DNA from: Coprococcus sp.
GTDB taxonomy: Bacteria; Bacillota; Clostridia; Lachnospirales; Lachnospiraceae
DNA length: 64,000 bases
Assembly: GCA_016296785.1 (NCBI GenBank)
Contig: JAEDHX010000003.1
Span: 1,681 to 65,680, forward strand
Direction: 5' to 3'
Below are positions 29,688 through 40,001 of the stretch, piece after piece. The notes beneath the pieces were generated by a model. It did no database searches. It was not told the DNA's origin and saw only the letters and a list, made by a program, of their open reading frames with translations. A program made the position numbers and the translations under genes. Every line of letters starts with the position of its first letter. The stretch's first letter is position 1.

Positions 29688-30599
29688 ATGTCCTCTTATT
29701 GTAATAAAAAAAGAATAGTATCTGGTAAGTTGCCTCTCCAAGCACGTTCCCAAATAATCATGTATGATAACAATGAAAAAATGTGCAATAAGAGGATATT
29801 CAGGACTTTCTTTTCTAAATATAACGAAGGAAGTGCAACGGTAGAAGCAACATTTGTAATTCCAATTTTTATTTTTTCAATGATGATTATTAGTATGCTT
29901 AGTCGCATGATGTGCACTAAAGCAGTGGTATATGAAGCATTAGTGGAAGCATCAGTGCATTTGGCAGAGTATGAGTATCTGTATGATATGGCGGATAAGC
30001 ATACTGATATTGAGTTAAATGAAGGAGTTAGCGGAACGATTGTTAATGCTGCAGCATTAAAGAGAAAGCTGACAGATTACATAGATGATAAAGAGCTTGT
30101 TGATCAAAATATAACTGGTGGAATTAATGGAATAGTAGTTGTAAAAGCAAATTATAATAGCTCTGATAATCATATTTATATAGAAATAGTATATCAGTTG
30201 AGGCTGAATACATTTTTGTTCGGCGACTTTAACTGGAATATAAGGGAAAGAATAAGACAACGTGCTTATCTTGGTTGTGATGAAGCAAATAGTGATGATG
30301 AGTGTGAAGAAGAATATGTGTATATAGCAGAAAATGAATCAGTATATCATACATCTAGAAGCTGTTACCATATTGAATTAACAGTTGTTCCTGTTAGTAG
30401 AAATGTTGTGGAAGAGAAGTATTCGTGGTTAAGACCATGTGATATTTGTGTTAAGAATAATTCTTCATCATTGCTATATATAACGAAGGATGGTGAGGCG
30501 TATCATTGTAGTAAGACATGCAGAGGTCTTAAGAGAACTATATACAGGGTAAATAGAAAGGACTGCTTGAATCTTGAGAAATGTAAGGATTGCAGATAG
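29688..30599 (+). CDS. TadE-like pseudopilin with Cys/His-rich C-terminus
   Basis: EG/SATVEATFVIPIF motif; two YH-x4-C..CxxC repeats; start uncertain. Confidence 0.78.
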   Translation: MSSYCNKKRIVSGKLPLQARSQIIMYDNNEKMCNKRIFRTFFSKYNEGSATVEATFVIPIFIFSMMIISMLSRMMCTKAVVYEALVEASVHLAEYEYLYDMADKHTDIELNEGVSGTIVNAAALKRKLTDYIDDKELVDQNITGGINGIVVVKANYNSSDNHIYIEIVYQLRLNTFLFGDFNWNIRERIRQRAYLGCDEANSDDECEEEYVYIAENESVYHTSRSCYHIELTVVPVSRNVVEEKYSWLRPCDICVKNNSSSLLYITKDGEAYHCSKTCRGLKRTIYRVNRKDCLNLEKCKDCR

Positions 30600-31092
30600 C
30601 AATATGAACACAAGTGCAGATAATAATAACGGAAGTGCAGTGATTGAAATGTGCATAATTGGACCACTATTGATATCTGTAGTTTTTTTTATAATTAATA
30701 TTTTCCTGGTTTCCATTAATAAAAGCATTTCCATGAGAGAGGCATGTCATGCGATTTGCACAAGGGAAGACTATATTATGGATGATGCAAAGAACTATAA
30801 ATATAATATAGAGCAGCAAATATCTGTCAATATGAATAGTAAATGCATGCTTATTGATAACCTTCATGTAGGTGTTAGAAAAAATGAGACTAATAAGATT
30901 ATTATCAGTAATTTGAGAGGCTTTGATGAGGGAGAATTTGTGATAGATATTACATATAGGAATATATGTAAGGGAGTTATTTTTCAAGGAATTAACGCTT
31001 TTGAGGATGGGTATCAGACAAGGCAGGAAATTAGGGATACCAGCAATAATTTAAGGAGGTGGCAGATGTATGGAGATGAATTACCTGACTGA
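30574..31092 (+). CDS. TadE-like pseudopilin
   Basis: NG/SAVIEMCIIGPLL motif; start uncertain (30574 or 30604). Confidence 0.7.
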   Translation: MRNVRIADSNMNTSADNNNGSAVIEMCIIGPLLISVVFFIINIFLVSINKSISMREACHAICTREDYIMDDAKNYKYNIEQQISVNMNSKCMLIDNLHVGVRKNETNKIIISNLRGFDEGEFVIDITYRNICKGVIFQGINAFEDGYQTRQEIRDTSNNLRRWQMYGDELPD

Positions 31093-32503
31093 TGGTGTGA
31101 ATTCATACTTTGTCGCAGATAACGTATGTGCAGATATAGATTCTTATGAAATTAATATGATAAGTAATAATGATATTGAGGGGCTTTTGCCATTTGAATT
31201 TAGAAGCTTGAATGAGGACAGAATGCTGTATTTTAAGATAAATGGATATACTAAATTATCTGAATTGGTAACAGATGGGTATATATGTATTGATTATATT
31301 GAAAAGCTATATTCCGGTCTTGTTTGTACTATTAAGGATATTGGTGGTTTCATGCTTCATCCGGATAGCCTTGTTATTGATTTTAGGAATATCTTTTATT
31401 GCAATGCAACGACATGCTTTTATTTCGCTTATATCCCGGGATATAGAGTTGATATTCGAAAGCAGCTTGTAAAGCTTACAGAGGATTTTATTAGATATAT
31501 CAATCATAGAGACCACAGAGCAGTTGATATTGCTTATGGCATATATGATATTGTAGCGAAACCATGTTTTGAACTGGATGAGATTACAAAGCATATTGAT
31601 AGGGTAAATGGAATTTCAAATCATAGTGATAGTGATAAGAATATAAATAATGGTAAATACAGTAACTATATGCAAAGAGATAAAGCAAATGCTGACATTA
31701 GTCAAAGGAAAGAAAGAGAAATGCTTATGGATTCTCTTTTCCTTGAAGATGAAGAAGTAGTTCATATTAGTGAAAACACTGGTAGAAATAAAACAATATC
31801 AGAGGCAATAAAGAATAATTATAGAAAAATATGCATGATATCGATAATTGTAACGGCTGTAGCCGGATTGTTGATGTTTATATTTCAATCTGATAAATCA
31901 AATCAATCGGGATATATAAAGATTATGATGGTGGTACTTATGCTTATGGCAATAGAGTGCTTTATATATATTCAGCTTTCAAAATATGATAACAGGAATG
32001 AGGAAAATACAGAAGCAATAGGTTATGATGATTTCTCTGTGGCAAGACCTGTACTTGAATGTATACCGAGTGGTGGAATGTATGTTGATACAACTGATAC
32101 AAAGCTTTTAGTAAATGAAACTGACACGACACTTTTGTCAGATGAAATGGATACCACGTCACTTCTTGGAGCCATGAGTGATAATATCAGTTACCGGCTT
32201 ATTGCCTGTGAAGGTAATAACGTAATTGATATTAACGAAGCTTCAGTAATTGTCGGACGTGACAGAGCAACAGCTAATGCTGTAATAGATAATAAAGCTG
32301 TAAGCAGGTTGCATGCCAAAATATGCATAGATAACAATAAGCTTCAGGTATTCGATATGAAATCTACAAATGGGACCTTCGTGAATGATAAAAGTGTTGA
32401 AGCAGGCAGGTTTCTTGTTGCCGGAGACGGCGATATTATAAGCTTTGGCAATGTAGACTATTATGTTGAAAGCATAGAGCTTACATATTCCAAAAACCAA
32501 TAG
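31070..32503 (+). CDS. DUF6382-like, 2 TM, FHA-domain protein
   Basis: YEINMISNNDIEGLLP N-terminus; FHA motifs VGR..VSRLHA..STNGTFVN. Confidence 0.82.
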   Translation: MEMNYLTDGVNSYFVADNVCADIDSYEINMISNNDIEGLLPFEFRSLNEDRMLYFKINGYTKLSELVTDGYICIDYIEKLYSGLVCTIKDIGGFMLHPDSLVIDFRNIFYCNATTCFYFAYIPGYRVDIRKQLVKLTEDFIRYINHRDHRAVDIAYGIYDIVAKPCFELDEITKHIDRVNGISNHSDSDKNINNGKYSNYMQRDKANADISQRKEREMLMDSLFLEDEEVVHISENTGRNKTISEAIKNNYRKICMISIIVTAVAGLLMFIFQSDKSNQSGYIKIMMVVLMLMAIECFIYIQLSKYDNRNEENTEAIGYDDFSVARPVLECIPSGGMYVDTTDTKLLVNETDTTLLSDEMDTTSLLGAMSDNISYRLIACEGNNVIDINEASVIVGRDRATANAVIDNKAVSRLHAKICIDNNKLQVFDMKSTNGTFVNDKSVEAGRFLVAGDGDIISFGNVDYYVESIELTYSKNQ

Positions 32504-32525
32504 AGCTTCATAACCGAAAATCTAA

Positions 32526-32554
32526 TTGATATAAAACTGCTTTTAAAGTATAAT
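32526..32554 (+). promoter_or_regulatory. sigma-A promoter for dnaX
   Basis: TTGATA-17 bp-TATAAT. Confidence 0.7.
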
Positions 32555-32630
32555 ATATTGTGATGTGTAATGCTGTAATTAGAGTTGCAGTTACAATATT
32601 TTATAGTTAAAGGCAGTTTTATTTTATTAT
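32531..32630 (+). terminator. long imperfect hairpin with U-rich tail after the tad locus
   Basis: 32531-32563 pairs with 32591-32622; followed by TTTTATTAT. Confidence 0.5.
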
Positions 32631-32696
32631 GTAGGTAAGTGATTCATACAGACTGTGAAATAAAGACTCTGCTTGTCATACATGGAGGAATGGATT

Positions 32697-34346
32697 ATGC
32701 CATACATGGCATTATATAGAAAATGGAGACCTGATACCTTTGAAGAGGTGAAGGGTCAGGACCATATAGTTACAACGTTAAAGAATCAGATAATAAATGA
32801 CCGTATAGGACACGCATTTTTGTTTTGCGGAACAAGAGGAACCGGTAAGACTTCTGTTGCCAAGCTATTTGCCAAGGCGGTTAACTGCGAGCATCCCGTT
32901 GATGGAAGTCCTTGCAATGAATGTGAGACCTGTAAGGCAATTGCAAATGGCTCATCTATGAATGTTATTGAGATTGATGCTGCATCTAATAATGGTGTAG
33001 ATAATATACGTCAGATACGTGATGAGGTGCAATATCCACCTACAGAGGGTAAATACAAAGTATATATTATTGATGAGGTTCATATGCTTTCAACAGGAGC
33101 GTTTAATGCGCTACTTAAGACGCTTGAGGAACCTCCGTCATATGTAATATTTATTCTTGCTACAACAGAATCCCACAAGATACCTATAACTATTTCTTCA
33201 AGATGTCAGAAATATGATTTTAGAAGAATATCTGTAGAGACTATATCTGACAGATTAAGTAATCTTCTTCTGAGGGAGAATGTGGCAGCAGATAAGAGGG
33301 CACTTAATTATATTGCCAAGGCCGCAGATGGTTCCATGAGAGATGCCCTTAGTATTCTTGATCAGTGTATAGCCTTTAATCTGGGTAAAGAATTAACTTA
33401 TGATATGGTACTTGAGACTATTGGTGCCGTTGATATTGATATTTTTGAAAGACTTCTTACCAAAGTCATAGAGCTTGATGTATCAGGAGCGATTGACGTT
33501 ATAGATGAAGTAATTTGGCAGGGGAGCGAGTTGTCTCGCTTTGTAAGTGAATTTACCTGGTTCCTTAGGAATATTCTTCTTATGAAGGTTTCTGAGGAGG
33601 CTGACAAAATGCTTGATATGTCTGCTGAGAATCAGAATAAGGTGAAGGTGCTTGCGGATAAGCTGGAGCTTGAGACGATAATGCGTTATATAAATGTATT
33701 TTCTGAAACAGCTTCTAATATAAAGTATGCTACACAAAAGAGAGTTGTTCTTGAGCTTGCAGTTATTAAGCTATGTAAGCCTGAGATGGAGACAGATTAT
33801 GGCAGTATTCTTGACAGAATAAGAGTTCTTGAGAAGAAGCTTGAAGAGGGTGGTAATGGCTCCGGAGTATCAAAGGAACAATTGCAGGAGATGTTATCAG
33901 GTATGGTGCCTGCCGGTATATATAATCAAGACGGCGCAACTTCAGTTGTTAATGAAGCTGAAGACGGTAACAGACTAAAGGATAAGCTTAAAGATACTTT
34001 GCCCGATGCGGCATATCATGAGCTAATAGATTTTATTAACTTATGGGATGAAATTGCATCAGATTATCCATATATCACAAGAAAGTATCTTGATAAGGGC
34101 AAGGTTCTTCTTGATGATGATAAGAAAGGTCTTTTGCTTACATTTATTGATGAAGCTGACAGTAAAAGAGCGATTGAATACTTTAAGGATAAGGAGCATA
34201 TGGAATACCTTAGGTCTGTTATTGAAAGTACAACAGGCAGAAGGGTTAAGATAGACCTTAGAGTTGTATCAGCTGATAACAATATCAGAAAAGAAATTGA
34301 GGAAAATGATCTGTTAAAAATAAATTTTAACATAGATTATAAATAG
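32697..34346 (+). CDS. dnaX: DNA polymerase III subunit gamma/tau
   Basis: ALYRKWRP, GTRGTGKT, IEIDAASN, IIDEVHMLS, SRCQ. Confidence 0.96.
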   Translation: MPYMALYRKWRPDTFEEVKGQDHIVTTLKNQIINDRIGHAFLFCGTRGTGKTSVAKLFAKAVNCEHPVDGSPCNECETCKAIANGSSMNVIEIDAASNNGVDNIRQIRDEVQYPPTEGKYKVYIIDEVHMLSTGAFNALLKTLEEPPSYVIFILATTESHKIPITISSRCQKYDFRRISVETISDRLSNLLLRENVAADKRALNYIAKAADGSMRDALSILDQCIAFNLGKELTYDMVLETIGAVDIDIFERLLTKVIELDVSGAIDVIDEVIWQGSELSRFVSEFTWFLRNILLMKVSEEADKMLDMSAENQNKVKVLADKLELETIMRYINVFSETASNIKYATQKRVVLELAVIKLCKPEMETDYGSILDRIRVLEKKLEEGGNGSGVSKEQLQEMLSGMVPAGIYNQDGATSVVNEAEDGNRLKDKLKDTLPDAAYHELIDFINLWDEIASDYPYITRKYLDKGKVLLDDDKKGLLLTFIDEADSKRAIEYFKDKEHMEYLRSVIESTTGRRVKIDLRVVSADNNIRKEIEENDLLKINFNIDYK

Positions 34347-34373
34347 AATAGCTAATTATAAGGAGGACTAGTG

Positions 34374-34724
34374 ATGGCTAAAAGAGGTGGATTTAATGCA
34401 GGAATGATGCCTGGAAATATGAATAACTTAATGAAACAGGCACAGAGAATGCAGAGACAGATGGAGGATACTACAAAGGAGCTTGAAGACAAGATTTATG
34501 AGTCTTCAGTAGGTGGCGGTGTTGTTACAGCCAAGGTTTCAGGCAAGAAGGAGCTAATGGAGATTAAGCTTGACCCTGAGGTAGTTGATCCTGAGGACAT
34601 AGAGACTTTAGAAGACCTTATTATTTCAGCTGTAAATGAGGCATTTAGAATGCAGGATAAGGATTATAATGAAAGTATGTCCAAGATATCAGGCGGCATG
34701 GGACTTGGAGGCTTACCTTTCTAA
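34374..34724 (+). CDS. ybaB: YbaB/EbfC nucleoid-associated protein
   Basis: [26 protein letters not shown]; dnaX-ybaB-recR synteny. Confidence 0.93.
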   Translation: MAKRGGFNAGMMPGNMNNLMKQAQRMQRQMEDTTKELEDKIYESSVGGGVVTAKVSGKKELMEIKLDPEVVDPEDIETLEDLIISAVNEAFRMQDKDYNESMSKISGGMGLGGLPF

Positions 34725-35320
34725 TGAATGTTTACGGCGGAGAAGTAAATAAACTTATAGAGGAGCTTGGCAGACTTCCCGGAATAGGCTCAAAGACAGC
34801 TCAACGTTTGGCCTTTCATATAATAGGAATGCCTGAGGAAAGTGCGATTGCTCTTGCTGACTCTATAGTAAATGCAAAAAAGAATATTAAATATTGTAAA
34901 TGTTGTTATACTATTACTGATAAAGAGACGTGCCCTATCTGCAGCTCGTCGGGAAGAAATCATAAGGTTATTATGGTTGTTGAGACTCCCCGTGATTTAG
35001 CTGCTTATGAGAGGACCGGAAGCTTTGACGGTGTATATCATGTTCTTCACGGAGTAATTAATCCGTCCTTAGGCATAGGACCTGCAGATATAAAGATAGC
35101 AGAGCTTATGAAAAGACTTCAGGAGGATGTTGATGAGCTGATTATTGCAACCGGCTCCGGCCCGGAGGGTGAGGCAACAGCCATGTATATTTCAAAGCTT
35201 GTTAAACCGGCAGGCATTAAGGTCAGCCGAATAGCAAGTGGTGTTCCTGTTGGTGGAGATTTGGAATGTATAGATGAAGTTACGCTGCTGCGTGCCCTTG
35301 AAGGCAGAGTGTACTTATAA
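34724..35320 (+). CDS. recR: recombination mediator RecR
   Basis: [14 protein letters not shown]4 zinc finger, [14 protein letters not shown]. Confidence 0.96.
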   Translation: MNVYGGEVNKLIEELGRLPGIGSKTAQRLAFHIIGMPEESAIALADSIVNAKKNIKYCKCCYTITDKETCPICSSSGRNHKVIMVVETPRDLAAYERTGSFDGVYHVLHGVINPSLGIGPADIKIAELMKRLQEDVDELIIATGSGPEGEATAMYISKLVKPAGIKVSRIASGVPVGGDLECIDEVTLLRALEGRVYL

Positions 35321-35379
35321 TGGACATTATAGGAACAATATGTTCCAAGGGATAAAATATAAAGAAAGAGGTGTAGAGT

Positions 35380-36453
35380 ATGTTAAGAGTTGGTTTTCTT
35401 ACTAGTGGTGGTGACTGTCAGGCATTAAATGCAACAATGCGCGGTATTGCAAAAGGTTTATATGAGCTTTTTGATGAGGTCGAAATCTATGGCTTCCTCG
35501 AAGGTTACAAAGGTCTTATGCGCAATAATTACGTGAAATTAAAACCATCTGACTTCTCAGGTATTATTACTAAGGGTGGTACAATATTAGGTAGCTCCAG
35601 ACAACCATTCAAGTTGATGGGACAGCCTACAGAAGATGGTCTTGATAAAGTAAAGTCTATGAAAGAGACTTACAAGAAGCTTAAGCTTGACTGTCTGTGT
35701 GTTTTAGGTGGAAATGGTTCACAGAAAACAGCTAATCTTCTTAGCGAGGAAGGATTAAATGTTATAGGACTTCCAAAGACGATTGATAACGATTTATGGG
35801 GAACTGATATGACGTTTGGTTTCCAGAGTGCGGTAGATATCGCTACAGATACTATTGATTGTATTCATACAACTGCTGCCTCTCATAATAGAATATTTAT
35901 CATAGAAATAATGGGACATAAGGTTGGTTGGATTACACTTCATGCAGGTATTGCAGGTGGAGCAGATGTTATCCTTCTTCCTGAGATACCATATGATATT
36001 AAGAAGGTTTATGAAGCAATAGATAAGAGAACAAAGAATAAGAAGGGATTTACAATTCTTGCTGTAGCAGAAGGTGCTATTTCAAAAGAAGTTGCAGAGC
36101 TTCCTAAGAAGAAGAGAAAAGAAGTTATTGCAAACAGACCGTATCCATCAGTTGCGTATGAAATTGCGGACAAGCTTAAGGAATTCACAACACAGGATAT
36201 CAGAATTGCAATACCGGGACATACTCAAAGAGGTGGTAGCCCTGATGCATATGACAGAGTTATTTCTTCAAGATTTGGTGCAAAGGCTGCAGAGCTTATT
36301 AAAGCAAAGGACTTTGGAAAGCTTGTTGTATTCCTCAATAATGAGGTGACAGCAATTCCACTTTCAGAATCAGCAGGAAAGCTAAAATATGTATCTCCTG
36401 ATGACGATATTGTAAAAGAAGCAAGAACACTTGGAATATCATTTGGTGATTAA
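35380..36453 (+). CDS. pfkA: 6-phosphofructokinase
   Basis: TSGGD, GGTILGSSR, PKTIDND, EIMG, GHTQRGG. Confidence 0.92.
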   Translation: MLRVGFLTSGGDCQALNATMRGIAKGLYELFDEVEIYGFLEGYKGLMRNNYVKLKPSDFSGIITKGGTILGSSRQPFKLMGQPTEDGLDKVKSMKETYKKLKLDCLCVLGGNGSQKTANLLSEEGLNVIGLPKTIDNDLWGTDMTFGFQSAVDIATDTIDCIHTTAASHNRIFIIEIMGHKVGWITLHAGIAGGADVILLPEIPYDIKKVYEAIDKRTKNKKGFTILAVAEGAISKEVAELPKKKRKEVIANRPYPSVAYEIADKLKEFTTQDIRIAIPGHTQRGGSPDAYDRVISSRFGAKAAELIKAKDFGKLVVFLNNEVTAIPLSESAGKLKYVSPDDDIVKEARTLGISFGD

Positions 36454-36519
36454 TTGTCACACGAATCTCCCTGTTTGCATATTAGAATAATAGATAATAT
36501 TGCGAATGGGGAGATTTGT

Positions 36520-37050
36520 ATGAATAAAGAATATTTGTATATGCCATATAACCCTGAGGATGATAATATAAGGGGGCTGATTAGAAATGGCAATGTATAT
36601 AATCTAAAAAGAGGGATGTCCGGAATACTGTTGCCTGATGACCCTCATACTGATATAGACGAGGCGTGGCGTGACCTTAAGGCTATAAAAGAAATGTATC
36701 CCGGAAAAATCCGCATGATAAGTGCAATGGTTGAGGATGAGTGCGACAAGCTAGAATATGATGGAAGTCCGATGCTTGCAGAATATCCTGACAAAGAGCA
36801 GATGCGCAAGATAGCGAGAGAAGTATATGAAAGGCTTGATATCAAAGATGACGCAGAGTTTCCATTTGCCATGAAAGAGGAAATGGATGCAAATGATGAT
36901 GCAGCTGCAACCTATAATCCGCCGCCATATGTTCCAAAGGGTCCGGGCTGTGTTAATTGCATGATGAGAAATATTATTGAGCTCCTGGTTTGTAATGAAT
37001 TCTATTGTAGACGAGACAGATATAGGAGACGTAGAAGAAGGTTTTATTAG
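36520..37050 (+). CDS. hypothetical protein
   Basis: ORF with SD GGGGAG; VEDECDKLEYDGSPM core and poly-Arg C-terminus. Confidence 0.7.
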   Translation: MNKEYLYMPYNPEDDNIRGLIRNGNVYNLKRGMSGILLPDDPHTDIDEAWRDLKAIKEMYPGKIRMISAMVEDECDKLEYDGSPMLAEYPDKEQMRKIAREVYERLDIKDDAEFPFAMKEEMDANDDAAATYNPPPYVPKGPGCVNCMMRNIIELLVCNEFYCRRDRYRRRRRRFY

Positions 37051-39644
37051 TGAAAAAGATTGTAAATATACTAATTAAGCTGGCAGTAGGTATAATTATT
37101 TTTTTAGTTGCTGTAGGCTTTTTCAATAAATTTAAGAATAAAGACTATGAAAATCTTGCAGCGGAGATGAAGGATGCTTATCTTCCGTTTGCTTATATAA
37201 AATATGATGACATATATATAAATGCTATGCATGGATATACATCACCTGTTGATACCACGTTGCTTAGAGAAAGCATTACACCTGTAGATGAAAGCAAGAA
37301 GGTATATGTAATCGTTGAAGATAAGACTGATTTTGGTGAGACCTATTCATACGAATTAAGATCGATTGCCGGTGATTCTCTGATAGAAGATGGTAAACCT
37401 ATCATTGAAAATCTTGATGGCAACACGAAGTCTCTTGAGATAAATATTACCATGGACATTCAGCCGGATATGGAATATATGCTCATAGTAAAAATAGAGA
37501 ACAACGAAGAAATTACGGCAAGGTATTATACAAGAATAGTATTAAATAACAACTATCATGCCAATTTATTGCTAAGATTCGTAAATGATATGCATGAGCT
37601 GACATTTGACACGGCTGTATATAAAGAGGATTCGCCTTTATATCAATTTCAGAAGGATTATAACGGTTCATATCAGGGCAAACTTGAGGATTATGGACTT
37701 GGACATGTGAATCTGGCTTCTTCCTATGAGGCAATTACTTGGAATGGATTAAAGCCGATGATAATTACTTCCATAATACCTACGATTAAGGAGATTGATT
37801 CGTATTATGCTGTAATAGAGCTGGAATATAAGATGATGACTAATTCTCTGGAGGATGCTTCCAGCTATTATACTACTAAGGAATTTTATCAGGTTAGCTA
37901 TAATGAAGGCGATATACGTCTTTTGAATTTTGACCGTTATGTAGATGAATACTTCGGCAGAAATGACGTGGATTCGCTAAACAATGTATATGAAATTGGA
38001 ATTGTATCAGATCCTTTTCCTGATTACAGATTTAGCAGTGATAATAAGAAGCTTGCATTTGTAAGAAATGGACAGTTGTGGATGTATAATTACAGCAAAA
38101 ATCAGATATCACTTGTATATAGCTTCTGGCTGGATGATTTTGAAAATGCAACAAATACCTATGACAACTATGATATTAATATTATTTCCATGGATGATGA
38201 TGCAAATATTACTTTTGCCGTATATGGATACATGAATAGAGGTGTTCATGAAGGAAAGCTTGGAATAGGGCTATACAAATTTAGCGCAGATAGCCTTATA
38301 CTTGATGAGCTGCTATTTGTGGAGACAAATGTTCCATATGAAGTAATGAAGAACCAGCTGTCGAAGCTGACGTATTATGATGGCACTAATTTCTACTTCA
38401 CTCTGGGCAATAAGGTAACCAGGATAGATATTGAGAAGGAAGAGATATCATATATTGTAGATGGTGTATCGGCTAACAGTATATATGCATCGGCTAATAT
38501 GGAGGTTATTGCATATAATACAAGCGACATTCAGGCGGAGAATAATAAGATAGTTCTAATTAACCTTAAAACAGGAAACAGCTATGATATTACTTCAAAT
38601 GCAAATGAGTGCCTTATATGCTACGGATTTAAGGACTCCGATTTGATATATGGAATATCAGAGGTTGGAGATAAGGATATAATAAAGAATATGAAATCCT
38701 TTGAGTCAACAAGGCTGCTTGATGATAATAAGGATACTATTCCGGCAACAAAGGTTTGCATTATTGATGAGAATGGAGAGAAAATAAAGGAATATAAGAA
38801 GGACGATTTCTATATTGCTCAGGTTGAGATAGAAACTGATTTATTATATCTGACAAGATGTAAGAAACAGGAGGGAAGCTTTGTTGGTGCTTCAGATGAC
38901 TTTATAACATTTAAGGCTGATGATGAAAATCCCGGAATAAGAACAGAATTTAGAACATCAAATGAAGGCTTTTATAAGCTGTACTTTACTGTGCCGGAAG
39001 GAATATATCTGACATATAAGCCTAATCTAAATATTACAAAGAGCAACATTAGCAGCAAGAGTTTAGAGATGGTAGTCTCAATACCTAATGATGGTGCAAA
39101 TTATATGGTATATGATAATCTGGGCTTAGCAAAGATATATGAGGTTGCAGGAGATGCAATAAACTATGCTGTATTAATATCAGGAATTGTAATATCGAAG
39201 AATGGTGAAGTTGTATATAGGCAAAAGGAAGCCGAAGAATATAATACAATTGCTTCTGCAATATTCCATCAAAGCTCCAGAAGTATTGACGCTTCATTAT
39301 ATGACTGCTTATATATGGTGCTGAATTATCAGGGCGCAGATGTAACCTATAACAACATAAAAGAGCTGACAGATGCTGTTGAGATATTAGATACCTATGG
39401 AAGGTATGAGGGCGCTGATATAACAGGATTAGAGCTTGGCCTCGTTTTGTCATATGTTGGTAATAGCATCCCTGTAATAAGCAGAATTACCGATGGAAGA
39501 TATGTGCTTATTGTAAGCTATAATAGTGTTGATATAAGATATTACGATCCGGTAATTGATGAGGAGGTTGTTACATCAAGAGAAGAATATGAGAGAATGA
39601 TGGAACAGGCCGGCAGCGAGATGTATAGCTATATTAAGAATTAA
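37050..39644 (+). CDS. large membrane-anchored hypothetical protein with C-terminal C39-peptidase-like segment
   Basis: N-terminal TM, beta-rich body, PVI..RYVLIVSY..YYDP near the C-terminus. Confidence 0.65.
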   Translation: MKKIVNILIKLAVGIIIFLVAVGFFNKFKNKDYENLAAEMKDAYLPFAYIKYDDIYINAMHGYTSPVDTTLLRESITPVDESKKVYVIVEDKTDFGETYSYELRSIAGDSLIEDGKPIIENLDGNTKSLEINITMDIQPDMEYMLIVKIENNEEITARYYTRIVLNNNYHANLLLRFVNDMHELTFDTAVYKEDSPLYQFQKDYNGSYQGKLEDYGLGHVNLASSYEAITWNGLKPMIITSIIPTIKEIDSYYAVIELEYKMMTNSLEDASSYYTTKEFYQVSYNEGDIRLLNFDRYVDEYFGRNDVDSLNNVYEIGIVSDPFPDYRFSSDNKKLAFVRNGQLWMYNYSKNQISLVYSFWLDDFENATNTYDNYDINIISMDDDANITFAVYGYMNRGVHEGKLGIGLYKFSADSLILDELLFVETNVPYEVMKNQLSKLTYYDGTNFYFTLGNKVTRIDIEKEEISYIVDGVSANSIYASANMEVIAYNTSDIQAENNKIVLINLKTGNSYDITSNANECLICYGFKDSDLIYGISEVGDKDIIKNMKSFESTRLLDDNKDTIPATKVCIIDENGEKIKEYKKDDFYIAQVEIETDLLYLTRCKKQEGSFVGASDDFITFKADDENPGIRTEFRTSNEGFYKLYFTVPEGIYLTYKPNLNITKSNISSKSLEMVVSIPNDGANYMVYDNLGLAKIYEVAGDAINYAVLISGIVISKNGEVVYRQKEAEEYNTIASAIFHQSSRSIDASLYDCLYMVLNYQGADVTYNNIKELTDAVEILDTYGRYEGADITGLELGLVLSYVGNSIPVISRITDGRYVLIVSYNSVDIRYYDPVIDEEVVTSREEYERMMEQAGSEMYSYIKN

Positions 39645-39661
39645 TTATAAAAGTGGTAACA

Positions 39662-39715
39662 AATAAAAGACCTCGGAGATTATAATATAAATTATAGTCT
39701 TCGGGGTCCTTTATT
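39662..39715. terminator. bidirectional terminator
   Basis: AATAAAAGACCTCGGAGATTATAAT..ATTATAGTCTTCGGGGTCCTTTATT between convergent genes. Confidence 0.75.
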
Positions 39716-39733
39716 AATAGTTTGTATAGGATA

Positions 39734-39904
39734 TTACTCCTCTGAAATAGTACCAACTGGGCATGAACCTGCACAAGCGCCACATGAGATACACTGTGAG
39801 CCGTCAATTACAAATACGCCACCATTCTCGCTGATTGCGCCAACTGGACATGAACCTGCGCATGAACCACAACCGATACATGAATCACCAATAACAAATG
39901 CCAT
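39734..39904 (-). CDS. fdx: 2[4Fe-4S] clostridial-type ferredoxin, 56 aa (absent from ORF track)
   Basis: Translated by hand: MAFVIGDSCIGCGSCAGSCPVGAISENGGVFVIDGSQCISCGACAGSCPVGTISEE; two CxxCxxCxxxCP motifs; SD AAGGAGG. Confidence 0.96.
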   Translation of the reverse strand: MAFVIGDSCIGCGSCAGSCPVGAISENGGVFVIDGSQCISCGACAGSCPVGTISEE

Positions 39905-39944
39905 TTGGATGTCCTCCTTTTAAGTATTATAATCATACTTCTAT

Positions 39945-39973
39945 ATTTTAAAACAAAATTCTACATATATCAA
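39945..39973 (-). promoter_or_regulatory. putative sigma-A promoter of ferredoxin
   Basis: TTGATA-17 bp-TAAAAT on the minus strand. Confidence 0.55.
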
Positions 39974-40001
39974 GTAATAAAAACTAATATGATAACATCA
40001 T

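Noticed and set aside
32504..32696. SRP RNA or tRNA upstream of dnaX
   Set aside because: The region is AT-rich with no SRP domain-IV motif or cloverleaf.
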